Part shown: one piece after another, positions 23,220 to 34,571 of the stretch
Numbering within the stretch: position 1 is the stretch's first letter
Layout of the letters: each line of letters opens with the position of its first letter
Sequence record: MT446411.1
Source: Escherichia virus TH40
Direction: 5' to 3' (one strand)
DNA: 64,000 nt
Notes under the pieces: generated by a model
What the model was told of the DNA's origin: nothing
What the model saw: only the letters and a program-made list of their open reading frames with translations
The model's database searches: none
Made by a program: the position numbers and the translations under genes

Positions 23220-23888
23220 TCAAAGTGCTTGAAGCGTTATTTGACAGTTTTTAACGGTCTCGATGAACAATTTACGAGCTTCAAGAGAATCTATATTTAA
23301 GATTTTCTTATAGGCATTTAGTTTGGTTGAATACTTTTCCCAAACCAAGTCGTTAGTCTGTTCATCATGTTTATTTATAATATCTAAAAATGAATCAAGC
23401 AAACAAAACGTTTCAAATGAGATAACATTCGATTGGAGAAGTTTGAAAATATAACTTGTGTTTACTTTAGTATTATACTCGAAAATCTCTTGAAGCGATT
23501 TGACTTCGACTTTCTTACTGAAGTAATAGATATTCTTTATATCATCTTCGTATACTTGTTTAATTCTTTTAAGTCTGCCAATGTATTCTCGATAAAATAT
23601 CAGAGCATCGGCATCGCTTATATCACCTATCCATGCATCCTGGTTCGCGACCAGGTTTGACATGAATATTAACGTTAATTCTTTGAGAGTGTACTTATCA
23701 CTAAGCTTTTCGAAAAAATACTTATCGCGACGTTTTTGATAAGCACTATCGGAGATTCGCATGGTCCAGTTATATTTGATAATATCATAACGACCCGAAA
23801 AATGCTGTTTGATGGATAAGTACAGTTGATATACTGATTTACCATTTATGTATCGGTTGTTATTTGGAGGCATGCGAATCGTAATCAT
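23220..23888 (-). CDS. 59: helicase loader gp59
   Basis: 222 aa; co-linear with T4 gp59 as recalled. Confidence 0.9.
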   Translation of the reverse strand: MITIRMPPNNNRYINGKSVYQLYLSIKQHFSGRYDIIKYNWTMRISDSAYQKRRDKYFFEKLSDKYTLKELTLIFMSNLVANQDAWIGDISDADALIFYREYIGRLKRIKQVYEDDIKNIYYFSKKVEVKSLQEIFEYNTKVNTSYIFKLLQSNVISFETFCLLDSFLDIINKHDEQTNDLVWEKYSTKLNAYKKILNIDSLEARKLFIETVKNCQITLQAL

Positions 23889-24178
23889 AACAAAAAGTCC
23901 AGCGTATTAGTTTTCTGTGTACGAGACATACTCGGACGAAGCAGGTTATCATCATATGCTTCATTCATAATCTTATCAATGATTCCTGCGGGAATGTATC
24001 GCGCAAAATTACCTTCAGGAATTCCACGTTCTTCCAACCAGGCAGTCGCAGCTTCCAGATAAGACATTTCAGTTGACTCAACCATGGCTTCAATATCAAG
24101 CCCGTTTTGCTGCTTACTAATCGCCCCGGAAGGCGATTCAGTTTTCTGTGTATCGAAATTAACTAAAGAGGACATCAT
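23885..24178 (-). CDS. 33: late transcription co-activator gp33 (start uncertain)
   Basis: C-terminal ...MSYLEAATAWLEE...NLLRPS...TLDFLL matches T4 gp33 as recalled; ATG 24176-24178 has GGAG SD; track ORF start at 24271 would overlap dsbA by 110 nt. Confidence 0.65.
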   Translation of the reverse strand: MMSSLVNFDTQKTESPSGAISKQQNGLDIEAMVESTEMSYLEAATAWLEERGIPEGNFARYIPAGIIDKIMNEAYDDNLLRPSMSRTQKTNTLDFLL

Positions 24179-24428
24179 AGAGCTCCACAGCTTCGGTTTT
24201 TTCATCTTCAAAACGTTCACGAGTGCCTTTATGATACAGGCCGAGCTGTGTATTGAACATCTTACCGTCAACGCCTAATTCAGTTTTTGCCTTATCTTTA
24301 AGGTCTTTAATTTCGTCTGCATATGCTTCCATTTTTAATTTGGTATCGGAAGCAGCTTTAATCAGCTTGGCTAGTTCAGCGCCATGAGTATCAGGACAAA
24401 ATTCAACTTTCACTTTTTTCTCTTTCAT
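24159..24428 (-). CDS. dsbA: dsDNA-binding protein DsbA
   Basis: 89 aa, position between rnh and gene 33. Confidence 0.7.
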   Translation of the reverse strand: MKEKKVKVEFCPDTHGAELAKLIKAASDTKLKMEAYADEIKDLKDKAKTELGVDGKMFNTQLGLYHKGTRERFEDEKTEAVELYDVLFS

Positions 24429-24436
24429 AATATACC

Positions 24437-25381
24437 TTAATAAAATTCAGCAATATTTGCAGTTAGTTTAGACAGACCAGACTTAACAAAGTAAGGATAA
24501 ACTTTACTTTTGGCTGGGATAACGTAATTATTATATCGTTCTAAGATTGAAGCGGATATTTCCGTTGGGATAAAGTCCATATCAATCAACAATTGGTTTT
24601 CACAGAATCTATTATATTGCTCTTTTGTTAAAAGCGTTTTCAAAACGTCATGGTCGTAATAGTTGAGTGCAATTTGTTCAAGCTCAGCTGCGCGGGTTGG
24701 TGGAGTACGTTCACCTTCTTCATGAGTGTAATAAAAATCACCACGAACCTTGATGCTCGACACGTTATCTTTTTTGTCGCCTTTAACAACCTTTGTCACG
24801 CAATCCATAAGGGCATCGCCTGATTTAGTTTTGACATATTTTTTCTGCATCGGGGACCATTGTTTCACCCCAGGGAATTTATGCAACTGCGTAAAGTCAC
24901 CATCCGAAGAAACAATCATAACCGGATGTCCGAGACCAGTGAGCAACTTCGTTAATACTGCAATATGGTCATCAGCCTCAACTTTATCCATATTCATCAC
25001 GATGTAAGGCATATGTTTTTCCATTTCATCGATAATGATATGCATGGCAGCATGTAGACCTTCCCAATCGAATTGAGACTCTTCACGAGCTTTCGCACGG
25101 TTTTTCTTATAATAATAAGATTTAGTCCGGCGCCAATAACCATTCTTCGAATTATCAACACAAATAATCGGAATCGTATAACCGAGCTTCTTGAACTGCA
25201 CAATATTTTTTCGGATGGAGTTCAGAACCAAGTGTCTGGTCATTGCAGTTGTTACTTTCGGAAAGCCTGCGTCTTTGCCGAATTCCTGAAAGGCTGCAGC
25301 CATGATGAGCTGACTAAAATCGAGTAACTGAAAACCTTCTTTTTGACGGTCTTCTTCAGGGAGTAAAAAATCTAAATTCAT
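24437..25381 (-). CDS. rnh: RNase H (FEN-1 family 5'-3' exonuclease)
   Basis: 314 aa; acidic clusters of a FEN-type nuclease; position next to gene 34. Confidence 0.85.
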   Translation of the reverse strand: MNLDFLLPEEDRQKEGFQLLDFSQLIMAAAFQEFGKDAGFPKVTTAMTRHLVLNSIRKNIVQFKKLGYTIPIICVDNSKNGYWRRTKSYYYKKNRAKAREESQFDWEGLHAAMHIIIDEMEKHMPYIVMNMDKVEADDHIAVLTKLLTGLGHPVMIVSSDGDFTQLHKFPGVKQWSPMQKKYVKTKSGDALMDCVTKVVKGDKKDNVSSIKVRGDFYYTHEEGERTPPTRAAELEQIALNYYDHDVLKTLLTKEQYNRFCENQLLIDMDFIPTEISASILERYNNYVIPAKSKVYPYFVKSGLSKLTANIAEFY

Positions 25382-25438
25382 ATGAACCTCTGTTCAATTA
25401 GTTGACTCGATTATATTAGCATAAAAATTTTAAAGCAA

Positions 25439-25446
25439 TATAAATA
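25439..25446 (+). promoter_or_regulatory. T4-type late promoter (TATAAATA) for gene 34
   Basis: Exact TATAAATA 32 bp upstream of ATG 25478. Confidence 0.65.
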
Positions 25447-25477
25447 CACATATACCAAATCAATAAGGATAAAGCAC

Positions 25478-28400
25478 ATGGCCGATATTTTAAAACCAGC
25501 ATTCAGAGCAACATCCGGTCTCGATGCTGCTGGTGAGAAAGTCATTAATGTCGCAAAAGCTGATTACTCAGTTTTATCAGACGGCATTAACGTAGGTTTC
25601 TTTATAGAAGAAAACACAGTTCAACAATATGATGCAACACGCGGATACAAAAAGAACTTTGCAGTTATTAATGATAACCGTATTTGGGTTGCTCAACGTG
25701 ATATTCCGGCACCAGCTGGAGCATTTACCCCTCAGTATTGGTTAGCAACTCGTACTGACCCTAAATGGGAAACTGTTGCATCTCCAACTCGTCAGCTTAG
25801 CTCCGGGGAATTTATCGCAGTCGACTCAGCTGCAAGCTTTACCACATTTACATTGCCTCCGAACCCGACTGATGGTGATACCATCGTTATTAAAGATATC
25901 GGCGGTAATACCGGTTATAATGAAATTAAAATCCAGTCAAGCAACGTGCCTGGCCAAGGTAACCAAAAGATTGTTCGCTTTGGTAATCAGTATTCAGAAG
26001 TTTTAATTACCAAACCATTCTCTTATAACATGCTTATCTTTTCAAACCGCTTATGGCAATTTTGGGAAGCAGGTAACGAAGAACGTGGTATCAGAGTAGA
26101 ACCGTCGACTGGTCGTTTCCATGCACAAGCTGGCGACTTTATTATGCGTCGTTATACAACTGGTGCACCGATTACTTTCATTCTTCCTAAGTATGCAAAC
26201 CAGGGTGATATTGTCAAATCTGTTGATATCGATGGCATGGGGCCAACGTTCCACCTGATGGTTGAAACCTTTGACACCAGTTCCAGTCTTGATAAAGTTG
26301 GTCAGCATCAAATGGAATTCCGCACCACAGGTGATGGTTTCTTCGTTTATGATGCTGCCGAAAAACTCTGGCATGTTTGGGACGGTGATTTTAAAACTCG
26401 TCTTCGTGTTATTCGCGACAGCGTTAAACTTTTACCAAACGAAAGTGTCATTGTATTTGGCGAAGATAACTCAACTCCGGCAACGATTAATATCGATTTA
26501 CCAACGGATGTTTTGCAAGGCGACATTGTTAAAATTGCATTGAACTATCTCCGTAAATCACAGACTGTTAATATAAGAGCTGCTGCTGGTGATAAGATTG
26601 CATCCGACATTAAATTACTGCAATTTCCTAAACGCTCCGAGTATCCACCAGATACAACTTGGGTATTTGTTGATTCATTGACCTTTAACGGTGACATCAG
26701 TTATACTCCGGTTATTGAATTGTCTTATGCAGAAGATAAAGTGTCTGGAACAAGTTATTGGGTTGTTGCTCAAAACGTTCCGACTGTTGAACGAGTTGAC
26801 TCATTAAATGATTCCACGCGCGCACGTCTTGGTGTTATTGCTTTGGCAAACCAGACTCAGGCAAACGTTGACCATGAAAATAACCCAGAGAAAGAACTCG
26901 CAATTACTCCTCAGACTTTGGCTAACCGTGTTGCTAAAGAGAACCAACGAGGCATTGCCAGAATCGCAACGACTGCCCAGGTAAATCAGAACAGTGATTT
27001 TGCATTTGTTGACGATGTAATTATTTCTCCGAAAAAACTCAATGAACGTACGGCAACAGAAACGAGACGTGGGCTCGCAGAACTCGCCACACAGCAAGAA
27101 ACTGATGCAGGTGTAGATGATACCACAATTATAACTCCAAAGAAACTGCAAGCGCGTCAGGGCTCAGAATCGTTGTCCGGTATCGTGACTTACGTTTCAA
27201 CGACTGGTGCAACTCCTGCTGCTTCGCGTGAATTAAATGGTACAAACGTTTATAATAAAAATACGGTTAATCTGGTTGTTTCTCCGAAAGCTCTTGGCCA
27301 GTACAAAGCTACTTACACTCAGCAAGGCGCGGTTATTCTTGCGGTTGAAAGTGAAGTAATCGCTGGTACTTCTCAATCTGGTTGGGCAAACGCAGTCGTT
27401 ACTCCAGAAATGCTGCATCGCAAAACTGCTCTTGATTCCCGTATCGGTTTAATCGAGATTGCTACTCAGGTTGAAACAGATGCAGGAACCGATTATACCA
27501 GAGCTGTGACTCCTAAAACGTTAAATGACCGTAAAGCATCAGAAACGTTAACCGGCATAGCCGAGATTGCTACGCAATCAGAATTTGATACTGGAACTGA
27601 TGATACTCGTATCTCAACTCCATTAAAAATTAAAAATAGATTTAATAATACTGCTCGTACTTCTGTTAATGCATTAAGTGGTTTAGTAGAAACAGGGACG
27701 CTCTGGGACCATTATAGCCTGAATATTCTTGAAGCAAATGAGACTCAGCGTGGCACAGCAAGATTAGCAACTCAGGGTGAAGTCAATACTGGCACTGACG
27801 ATAAAACAATCGTTACTCCGCTTAAATTGATGTCGAAAAAAGCCACTGAAAATGCCGAAGGTATTGTTCGCATCGCGACAAACGCAGAAGCAACTGCCGG
27901 TACATCGAAAGTTCTGGCCATCAGTCCGTCTGCGCTGAAATATATTGCACAAACGGAAACAACCTGGGAAGCATCTGAAACACTGCGTGGATTTGTTCGT
28001 TTATCTTCTGGTGCAGCCACTTCGGCCGCAACTACAACGACTGGTGCAGGATTTACATATGCAAATGGTGCGTATACCCCGGACCCAAGTAAACTGGTTA
28101 GCTACGCAAAATCTGGATATGCAGTTTCGCCTTACGAATTAAACCGCGTATTGCAAAACTTCTTACCGATAAATGCGATGGCTGTTAATGCTGAAAAACT
28201 GGATAACCTCGATTCGACCCAGTTTATTCGTCGTGATATTGCTCAGACTGTTGAAGGTGTATTAACCCTTACTAAGCAGACAAATATCTCTGCTCCGGTT
28301 GTATCGACGAGCACTGCGGTGTTTACTGATGTAACGGCTGGTACTTCGACGTTCGGAACTGTGAATGTTGTTAATGGAACTAACAAGTGGAAAATCACTG

Positions 28401-29434
28401 CTCCTTCCGCCGGAACGACAATGACTATTGGCGATACGACTAACGTATTGACATTAAACACCGCCTCGGGTAATGTTGCTGTATTGAACAACCTCAGCGC
28501 CGGAAACGATGTTCAAGCCAAAAATAATTATGTTCTAAATGGTCGTACTATCGCAACTACGACGGGTGAAGTTTCTGGTGCAACTTTGTCTCTGGGTGAT
28601 AACTCACAGAATTTAGTGCTCAAAACTCTTGATGCTGGTAATATCATAGCAAATGGTGGCGGTGCATTTAAAGTTCTGACCGAGAAAAACGCAGTAGAAA
28701 TTGTTGATAGAAACTTTGTTAACCAGGCTGGTGATACAATGTCTGGTGTGCTCCGTGTAAATGCTCCGGTCCGTGTATTTGGTACAAAACCGAGTCTTAT
28801 TGCACAAGCTCCGACTGCTGATACTGTTGGTTTCTGGTCTGTCGATATCAATGATGAACCGACTTATAGTCAGTTCCCTGGTTATTGGACAATGAAGTTA
28901 AAACGTCAAGTAAACATTGATACGGTTCAAACTAAACCTGCTGGGGTAACTGATGAAGTTTGGAATGCTTCTGGTTGGTTAACTGAAAACGGAACTTTTG
29001 CCTCGCCCGCTATTCGTTATCGTACTGATGATGGTACACTCGGTGATGAAGTATTAGGTAGCTCTGGACAGAAACTGCGCGGAACATGGTTTGACTATTC
29101 GGTTCGTGATAAACAAATTAAATATCCTGGTACATTAACTCAGTTCGGTAATACGCTGGATTCATGCTATCAAGATTGGGTTTGCTATCCTACTGGATTA
29201 AACGGTGGTACTATTCGTTATACTCGCACATGGCAGAAAAATAAATCAGCCTGGACGACTTTCGCAATGGTTTACACCGCGGATAACCCTCCGTCTGCAG
29301 AGGATGTTGGTGCATTACCAGCTGACAACACAACAATGGGGAACTTGACCATTCTTGATTGGTTACGTATCGGTAACGTGCGTATCATCCCGGACCCGAC
29401 CACTAAATCCGTTAAGTTTGAATGGATTGAATAA
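25478..29434 (+). CDS. 34: long tail fibre proximal subunit
   Basis: 1318-aa ORF at head of the plus-strand tail-fibre operon. Confidence 0.9.
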   Translation: MADILKPAFRATSGLDAAGEKVINVAKADYSVLSDGINVGFFIEENTVQQYDATRGYKKNFAVINDNRIWVAQRDIPAPAGAFTPQYWLATRTDPKWETVASPTRQLSSGEFIAVDSAASFTTFTLPPNPTDGDTIVIKDIGGNTGYNEIKIQSSNVPGQGNQKIVRFGNQYSEVLITKPFSYNMLIFSNRLWQFWEAGNEERGIRVEPSTGRFHAQAGDFIMRRYTTGAPITFILPKYANQGDIVKSVDIDGMGPTFHLMVETFDTSSSLDKVGQHQMEFRTTGDGFFVYDAAEKLWHVWDGDFKTRLRVIRDSVKLLPNESVIVFGEDNSTPATINIDLPTDVLQGDIVKIALNYLRKSQTVNIRAAAGDKIASDIKLLQFPKRSEYPPDTTWVFVDSLTFNGDISYTPVIELSYAEDKVSGTSYWVVAQNVPTVERVDSLNDSTRARLGVIALANQTQANVDHENNPEKELAITPQTLANRVAKENQRGIARIATTAQVNQNSDFAFVDDVIISPKKLNERTATETRRGLAELATQQETDAGVDDTTIITPKKLQARQGSESLSGIVTYVSTTGATPAASRELNGTNVYNKNTVNLVVSPKALGQYKATYTQQGAVILAVESEVIAGTSQSGWANAVVTPEMLHRKTALDSRIGLIEIATQVETDAGTDYTRAVTPKTLNDRKASETLTGIAEIATQSEFDTGTDDTRISTPLKIKNRFNNTARTSVNALSGLVETGTLWDHYSLNILEANETQRGTARLATQGEVNTGTDDKTIVTPLKLMSKKATENAEGIVRIATNAEATAGTSKVLAISPSALKYIAQTETTWEASETLRGFVRLSSGAATSAATTTTGAGFTYANGAYTPDPSKLVSYAKSGYAVSPYELNRVLQNFLPINAMAVNAEKLDNLDSTQFIRRDIAQTVEGVLTLTKQTNISAPVVSTSTAVFTDVTAGTSTFGTVNVVNGTNKWKITAPSAGTTMTIGDTTNVLTLNTASGNVAVLNNLSAGNDVQAKNNYVLNGRTIATTTGEVSGATLSLGDNSQNLVLKTLDAGNIIANGGGAFKVLTEKNAVEIVDRNFVNQAGDTMSGVLRVNAPVRVFGTKPSLIAQAPTADTVGFWSVDINDEPTYSQFPGYWTMKLKRQVNIDTVQTKPAGVTDEVWNASGWLTENGTFASPAIRYRTDDGTLGDEVLGSSGQKLRGTWFDYSVRDKQIKYPGTLTQFGNTLDSCYQDWVCYPTGLNGGTIRYTRTWQKNKSAWTTFAMVYTADNPPSAEDVGALPADNTTMGNLTILDWLRIGNVRIIPDPTTKSVKFEWIE

Positions 29435-29442
29435 GAGGTAAT

Positions 29443-30573
29443 ATGGAAAAATTTATGGCAGAGTTTGGACAAGGATACGTCCAAACGCCAGTTATATCAG
29501 AAAATAATGCCGTTAAATTTAAAATGAGTATAGCAGGGAGCTGTACTCTTTCCACGGTGAAATCGTATATCAAATTTCAGGACGAACGAATCGGGCCAAC
29601 TACTTTTGGTAATGGTCTGACTCTATTGGAAATTGATACAACTACGAATAAAATTGTTAACACGAAAAACTATTCATTAACCAGCACACACGATGCAATC
29701 AGCCAGGCATTAATTACCTTTGTGGAATCTGTTCCAGCCGGAAGATTGATTGCTTTTATTTCTTCAGGGAAACTAAACGCTTCACAGACATTAATTGACT
29801 GGATGCGATTAAAGGGGTCAAAAGCATTCCCCGAGAAATGGTTGATTGATAAAGTTGACACATCATACTCGGCTTTTTACATAACTGGCAGGAACGTAAT
29901 TGTTTCAGAGCACGTTAAGTATAATGACAGGAAGTTGGTTGAAGACGTTTCAACACCGCTTGAAGTCATTTATGATACCTTTAGTGATATAGGAGCAACA
30001 GGCTATCCTGTGCGCATAACGGAAGACGAGAGCACGTATTCATCAACAGGTGATGGAACACCAACCACAATTAAAAGGTTCCCCACAGAGGACCTGGTGA
30101 CTCCTATGGCTGACTATAACCTTTTACCTTTGGATGTGCTTTACTTGAAGTTTCAGATGTCATTTGATGCTGCTCTGAAAGCCGCCGGGACTGTAAGGAC
30201 TTCGGTTCGATTCTTTAAAAGCCCCAGCACTTCTCCTATATCAAATACAAACATCGATATTGCAACAAACGTTCCAGCTGGTGCATGGGCGAGTTTTGAA
30301 AGATATGTCGAGATTCCAGCAGGAGCTGATGGCTTTACGGTAGTAACATCAAGAACTGTAGCTGTGGGAACAGGGTCAATACGCAATATTGTTATTGGTG
30401 AGATAACCAGAGGTGACTCGGCATTCAAACCAGCTGAATTTGGTGTCAATGGCATAAGGATGTCATATGCAAACGATGCAACAAATACAGGCAATACAAT
30501 TGTAACATTCCCGGATGCACAAGCTCCACGCGCGGGCAAGATTTATGCAGCCGAACTTCGAGAAAAACAATAA
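29443..30573 (+). CDS. 35: tail fibre hinge connector
   Basis: 376 aa, immediately after gene 34. Confidence 0.85.
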   Translation: MEKFMAEFGQGYVQTPVISENNAVKFKMSIAGSCTLSTVKSYIKFQDERIGPTTFGNGLTLLEIDTTTNKIVNTKNYSLTSTHDAISQALITFVESVPAGRLIAFISSGKLNASQTLIDWMRLKGSKAFPEKWLIDKVDTSYSAFYITGRNVIVSEHVKYNDRKLVEDVSTPLEVIYDTFSDIGATGYPVRITEDESTYSSTGDGTPTTIKRFPTEDLVTPMADYNLLPLDVLYLKFQMSFDAALKAAGTVRTSVRFFKSPSTSPISNTNIDIATNVPAGAWASFERYVEIPAGADGFTVVTSRTVAVGTGSIRNIVIGEITRGDSAFKPAEFGVNGIRMSYANDATNTGNTIVTFPDAQAPRAGKIYAAELREKQ

Positions 30574-30593
30574 GGACCTTCGGGTCCTTTTTT
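30574..30593 (+). terminator. rho-independent terminator after gene 35
   Basis: GGACCTTCGGGTCC followed by TTTTTT. Confidence 0.6.
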
Positions 30594-30596
30594 CGT

Positions 30597-30604
30597 TATA
30601 AATA
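30597..30604 (+). promoter_or_regulatory. T4-type late promoter (TATAAATA) for gene 36
   Basis: Exact TATAAATA 37 bp upstream of ATG 30641. Confidence 0.65.
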
Positions 30605-30640
30605 TTGAATAATGAATAAGCTGACCGAAGAGGATTTGAA

Positions 30641-31288
30641 ATGGCTGATTTAAAATTAGGTTCAACCGCCGGAGGTTCAGTCCTTTGGCATCAGGGTAAT
30701 TTCCCTTTAACACCAGTTAGTAATGATGTATATTACAAAACTTATAAAATTTATTCCGAATATAATAAGCCACAGGCAGTCGATAACGATTTTGTTTCAA
30801 AGGCTCTTGGTGGAAACTATAAAGCGAACGTATATTTTGAGCAAGGCCTGACCTTTAACGATACAAATGGTTATGGCATTAAACTCGGAGCAAGAACTGG
30901 TGGCACACCATTTACGGCTTCATTTCGTATAAAAGGCCCGTTTGGGTTCGAAACCGAAACAGGCACGCCATTTATTATTTTTGACCCTGATACTACAACC
31001 GGAGCCAAAAGATTCACGGTTATGGGCGATACATTAGGTCGCCAAGTTTATGACGAATCTGGTCGAGTATTTTCTCCAGGGAATACTCCGTCGAAAGCTC
31101 AAGTTGGTTTAGGAAACGTAACCAACCAACAACAGGTGGAACTAAATAATAGTACATTGCAAACAATGACAGGTAACTTGTCAGCGCCCAATTTCTTCTC
31201 TAGGAACCCTGCATCAGACCCGGCTCACGTGCCTCGTTTTGACCAAATCGTTCTTAAAGACTCCGTACAAGACTTTGGATATTATTAA
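30641..31288 (+). CDS. 36: long tail fibre distal connector
   Basis: 215 aa, precedes gene 37. Confidence 0.85.
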   Translation: MADLKLGSTAGGSVLWHQGNFPLTPVSNDVYYKTYKIYSEYNKPQAVDNDFVSKALGGNYKANVYFEQGLTFNDTNGYGIKLGARTGGTPFTASFRIKGPFGFETETGTPFIIFDPDTTTGAKRFTVMGDTLGRQVYDESGRVFSPGNTPSKAQVGLGNVTNQQQVELNNSTLQTMTGNLSAPNFFSRNPASDPAHVPRFDQIVLKDSVQDFGYY

Positions 31289-31296
31289 GAGGCATT

Positions 31297-34200
31297 ATGG
31301 CTACTTTAAAACAAATACAATTTAAAAGAAGTAAAATTGCTGGTGTCCGCCCGGCGCCAACAGTTCTTGCTGAAGGTGAACTGGCTATCAACCTGAAAGA
31401 CCGCTTACTTTTTACTAAAGATGACACCGGCGCCATCATCGACCTTGGCTTTGCCAAAGGTGGTAATATCGACGGTAACGTTATTCATAAAGGAAATTAC
31501 AATCAAACCGGTGATTATACCCTGAATGGTACTTTTACCCAAACTGGTAATTATACAGCTACTGGAAACATATCAGCGAATGGTGATATTAAAACCTACA
31601 ATCGCCTAATATCGGATAGTGGCGAAGTTTTGGTACGTAGTAATGGTACTGCACATGTTCGATTCCAAGGTTTAACTGATGGCCGTGAAAGAGGCATAAT
31701 TTATGCACCTGCAAGCCCTGGAAATACCAAGCAATCCTTGACCGTTCGTGTCCAGGATTATACTAATTCATCATTTAACACTTTTACATTCAACGGCGAC
31801 GGCTTATTTTATGCTCCATCTATTTCTGGTGGAACATCAATAAAATCCCCGCAAATTCTGACCGATAAAGTTATTACAAACGGGAAGAAGGCTGGGGATT
31901 ATGATATCTATTCGATGGCTGATAATACTCCATTTGCAGAAGGCGAAACGGCTATTAACCACCTCCGTGTTATGCGAAATGCTGTAGGAGCAGGTATTTT
32001 CCACGAAGTTAATGTTAATGACGGAATAACCTGGTATTCCGGAGATGGCTTAGACACTTATCTTTGGTCGTTTAACTGGGCCGGTGGATTGAAAGCGGGT
32101 CATTCTATTGCTGTTGGCCTTCCTCACGGTTCTAAAAATTATTCAGAAATGGGCACGGCTTCTATTGCTCTTGGTGATAATGACACCGGGTTAAAATGGC
32201 ACCAAGATGGATATTTTTTTACGGTAAACAACGGTACAAAAACTTTCCTTTCCGGTCCGGCGGAAACTACTAGTCTTAGAAAAATGGTTATGGGTTATTC
32301 TGTAAATGGTACTGATTTGACAACGCCACCAGCAGAAAACTACGCCCTGGCAACTGTAGTTACTTACCATGATAATAACGCTTTTGGTGATGGTCAAACC
32401 CTTTTAGGATATTATCAAGGCGGTAATTACCATCACTATTTTCGTGGTAAAGGCACTACAAACGTTAACACCGCAGGCGGATTGTTAGTTACTCCAGGTG
32501 ATATTAATGTTACCGGTGGTTCGGTTAATATCGACGGCCGCAACAATGCATCTACTCTGTTGTTCAAAGGATATACTACAGGAAGTAGTTCAGTTGATAA
32601 TATGACTATCAGCGTTTGGGGTAATACCTTTACTAATGTCGATGGTGACCGTAAAAATGTAATGGAAATATCTGATGCCACCAGCTGGATTCAATATTAC
32701 CAACGTCTGACTTCAGGTTCTATCCAAAGCCATTTAAATGGAACTTTGGGCGTAAATGAAAGTATAAATGTCGGCCAGGAAGTTAACGTCTCTGGCACTA
32801 TTGCCGGTAATGCGGTCAATGCACTTCGTATTTGGAACGACGATTATGCCGCTATTTTCCGACGTTCAGAAGGTAGTCTTCATATTATTCCTACCGCCTT
32901 TGGTGAAGGTAAAACTGGGGACATCGGTCCACTTCGCCCGTTTAGTTTGGCTTTAGATACTGGTAAAGTTACTATTCCAGATTTACAGTCAAGTTACAAT
33001 ACGTTCGCTGCAAACGGCTATATTAAATTTGTTGGCCATGGTGCAGGCGCAGGTGGATATGATATTCAATACGACCAAGCAGCTCCCATTTTCCAGGAAA
33101 TCGATGATGATGCCGTAAGTAAATATTACCCAATTGTTAAGCAAAAATACCTTCAAGGTAAAGCTGTGTGGTCTTTAGGTACTGAAATTAGCTCAGGTAC
33201 ATTCGTTATTCATCATCTGAAAGAAGATGGAACACAGGGTCATACATCAAGATTTAATGCTGATGGTACAGTTAATTTCCCGGATAACGTGCAGGTTGGC
33301 GGCGGTGAAGCTACTATTGGCAAAAATGGTAACATCTGGTCTGATATCTGGAAAACGTTTACTTCTGCCGGTGATGTAACCAATCTTCTTGGTGCTGTCT
33401 ATAGCCGTGTTTCAAAAGAAGGCGATACGCTGACCGGGCGCTTAACTCTTAATGCAAACTCGGATGCTATTGTTATTAACAGTGCTGCAACCGAATCCGG
33501 TTATGTGAAAGGACAAAAAGCTGGTGTTGATAACTGGTATGTAGGCAATGGCGGCGCTGATAACGCCCTATCGTTTTATAGTTTCCGAACTAATTCAGGC
33601 GTTAATATTCATAATAGTGGGGAAATTGCTTTAGCTCCTCAAGGGTCGGATACTTTTTATTTTAATAGGGACCGTCTTTATATAAAGGGTTCACAATGGG
33701 CTGCACATCAGGCTGGCGATTGGGGAAACCAATGGAAGCAAGAAGCTCCTGTGTTTGTAGATTTTGGTAATGTTGGTAATGATAGTTATTATCCGATTAT
33801 CAAAGGAAAATCTGGTATTACTAACGAAGGATACGTATCCGGTGTAGATTTTGGTATGCGCCGCATCACTAATACATGGGCCCAAGGTATTATTCGTGTA
33901 GGTAACCAGGAAAATGGCTCCGACCCGCAAGCTATCTATGAATTCCACTCTAATGGTACTTTTTATGCTCCGAGCTTACTTAAGAGCAACAGAGTATCGG
34001 CTGGTGGTGGAGACCCTGTATGGACTGGACCATGTATTGTTATCGGCGATAACGACACCGGATTGGTATGGGAAGCAGACGGTATTTTCAACGCATATGC
34101 AAACGGTCAAGGTGTGTTTAGTTTCCGCGCTGGCCTTGCTCAGACATTTGGCAACGTGTCCCTTAACGTTAACGCGGGTATGTATGTTCGCGATAACATT

Positions 34201-34542
34201 GACGTTAACGACGTTTATATTCGTTCTGATATTCGTTGTAAGTCGGAAATTAAGCTTATTGATAACGCCCAAGAGAAATCTAAACTCTTAGGCGGTTATA
34301 CTTATTTGCTTAAAAACTCCGTTACTGATGAAGTTAAACCGTCTGCAGGTTTAATTGCTCAGGAAGTTCAAGAAGTATTACCTGAACTTGTGACTGAAGA
34401 TAAAGAGACCGGCTTACTTCGTTTGAACTATAACGGTATTATCGGTTTAAATACTGCTACTATCAATGAGCATACTGACGAAATCAAGGAATTGAAATCT
34501 GAAATTGCTGAATTGAAAGCATTAATTAAATCATTATTATAA
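31297..34542 (+). CDS. 37: long tail fibre distal subunit with C-terminal S74-type intramolecular chaperone domain
   Basis: N-terminus [16 protein letters not shown]...[12 protein letters not shown] matches T4 gp37 as recalled; C-terminal ~105 aa carry SDIRCK...[15 protein letters not shown]. Confidence 0.9.
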   Translation: MATLKQIQFKRSKIAGVRPAPTVLAEGELAINLKDRLLFTKDDTGAIIDLGFAKGGNIDGNVIHKGNYNQTGDYTLNGTFTQTGNYTATGNISANGDIKTYNRLISDSGEVLVRSNGTAHVRFQGLTDGRERGIIYAPASPGNTKQSLTVRVQDYTNSSFNTFTFNGDGLFYAPSISGGTSIKSPQILTDKVITNGKKAGDYDIYSMADNTPFAEGETAINHLRVMRNAVGAGIFHEVNVNDGITWYSGDGLDTYLWSFNWAGGLKAGHSIAVGLPHGSKNYSEMGTASIALGDNDTGLKWHQDGYFFTVNNGTKTFLSGPAETTSLRKMVMGYSVNGTDLTTPPAENYALATVVTYHDNNAFGDGQTLLGYYQGGNYHHYFRGKGTTNVNTAGGLLVTPGDINVTGGSVNIDGRNNASTLLFKGYTTGSSSVDNMTISVWGNTFTNVDGDRKNVMEISDATSWIQYYQRLTSGSIQSHLNGTLGVNESINVGQEVNVSGTIAGNAVNALRIWNDDYAAIFRRSEGSLHIIPTAFGEGKTGDIGPLRPFSLALDTGKVTIPDLQSSYNTFAANGYIKFVGHGAGAGGYDIQYDQAAPIFQEIDDDAVSKYYPIVKQKYLQGKAVWSLGTEISSGTFVIHHLKEDGTQGHTSRFNADGTVNFPDNVQVGGGEATIGKNGNIWSDIWKTFTSAGDVTNLLGAVYSRVSKEGDTLTGRLTLNANSDAIVINSAATESGYVKGQKAGVDNWYVGNGGADNALSFYSFRTNSGVNIHNSGEIALAPQGSDTFYFNRDRLYIKGSQWAAHQAGDWGNQWKQEAPVFVDFGNVGNDSYYPIIKGKSGITNEGYVSGVDFGMRRITNTWAQGIIRVGNQENGSDPQAIYEFHSNGTFYAPSLLKSNRVSAGGGDPVWTGPCIVIGDNDTGLVWEADGIFNAYANGQGVFSFRAGLAQTFGNVSLNVNAGMYVRDNIDVNDVYIRSDIRCKSEIKLIDNAQEKSKLLGGYTYLLKNSVTDEVKPSAGLIAQEVQEVLPELVTEDKETGLLRLNYNGIIGLNTATINEHTDEIKELKSEIAELKALIKSLL

Positions 34543-34546
34543 GAAA

Positions 34547-34571
34547 GGGCCTTCGGGCCCTGGAGGTTTTT
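34547..34571 (+). terminator. hairpin between genes 37 and 38 (attenuator or terminator candidate)
   Basis: GGGCCTTCGGGCCC followed by TGGAGGTTTTT; the SD of gene 38 is embedded. Confidence 0.35.

Noticed and set aside
25776-34291. Many 60- to 125-codon ORFs on both strands inside tail-fibre genes 34 and 37
   Set aside because: All are embedded within or antisense to the long, clearly coding tail-fibre frames; no independent start signals.
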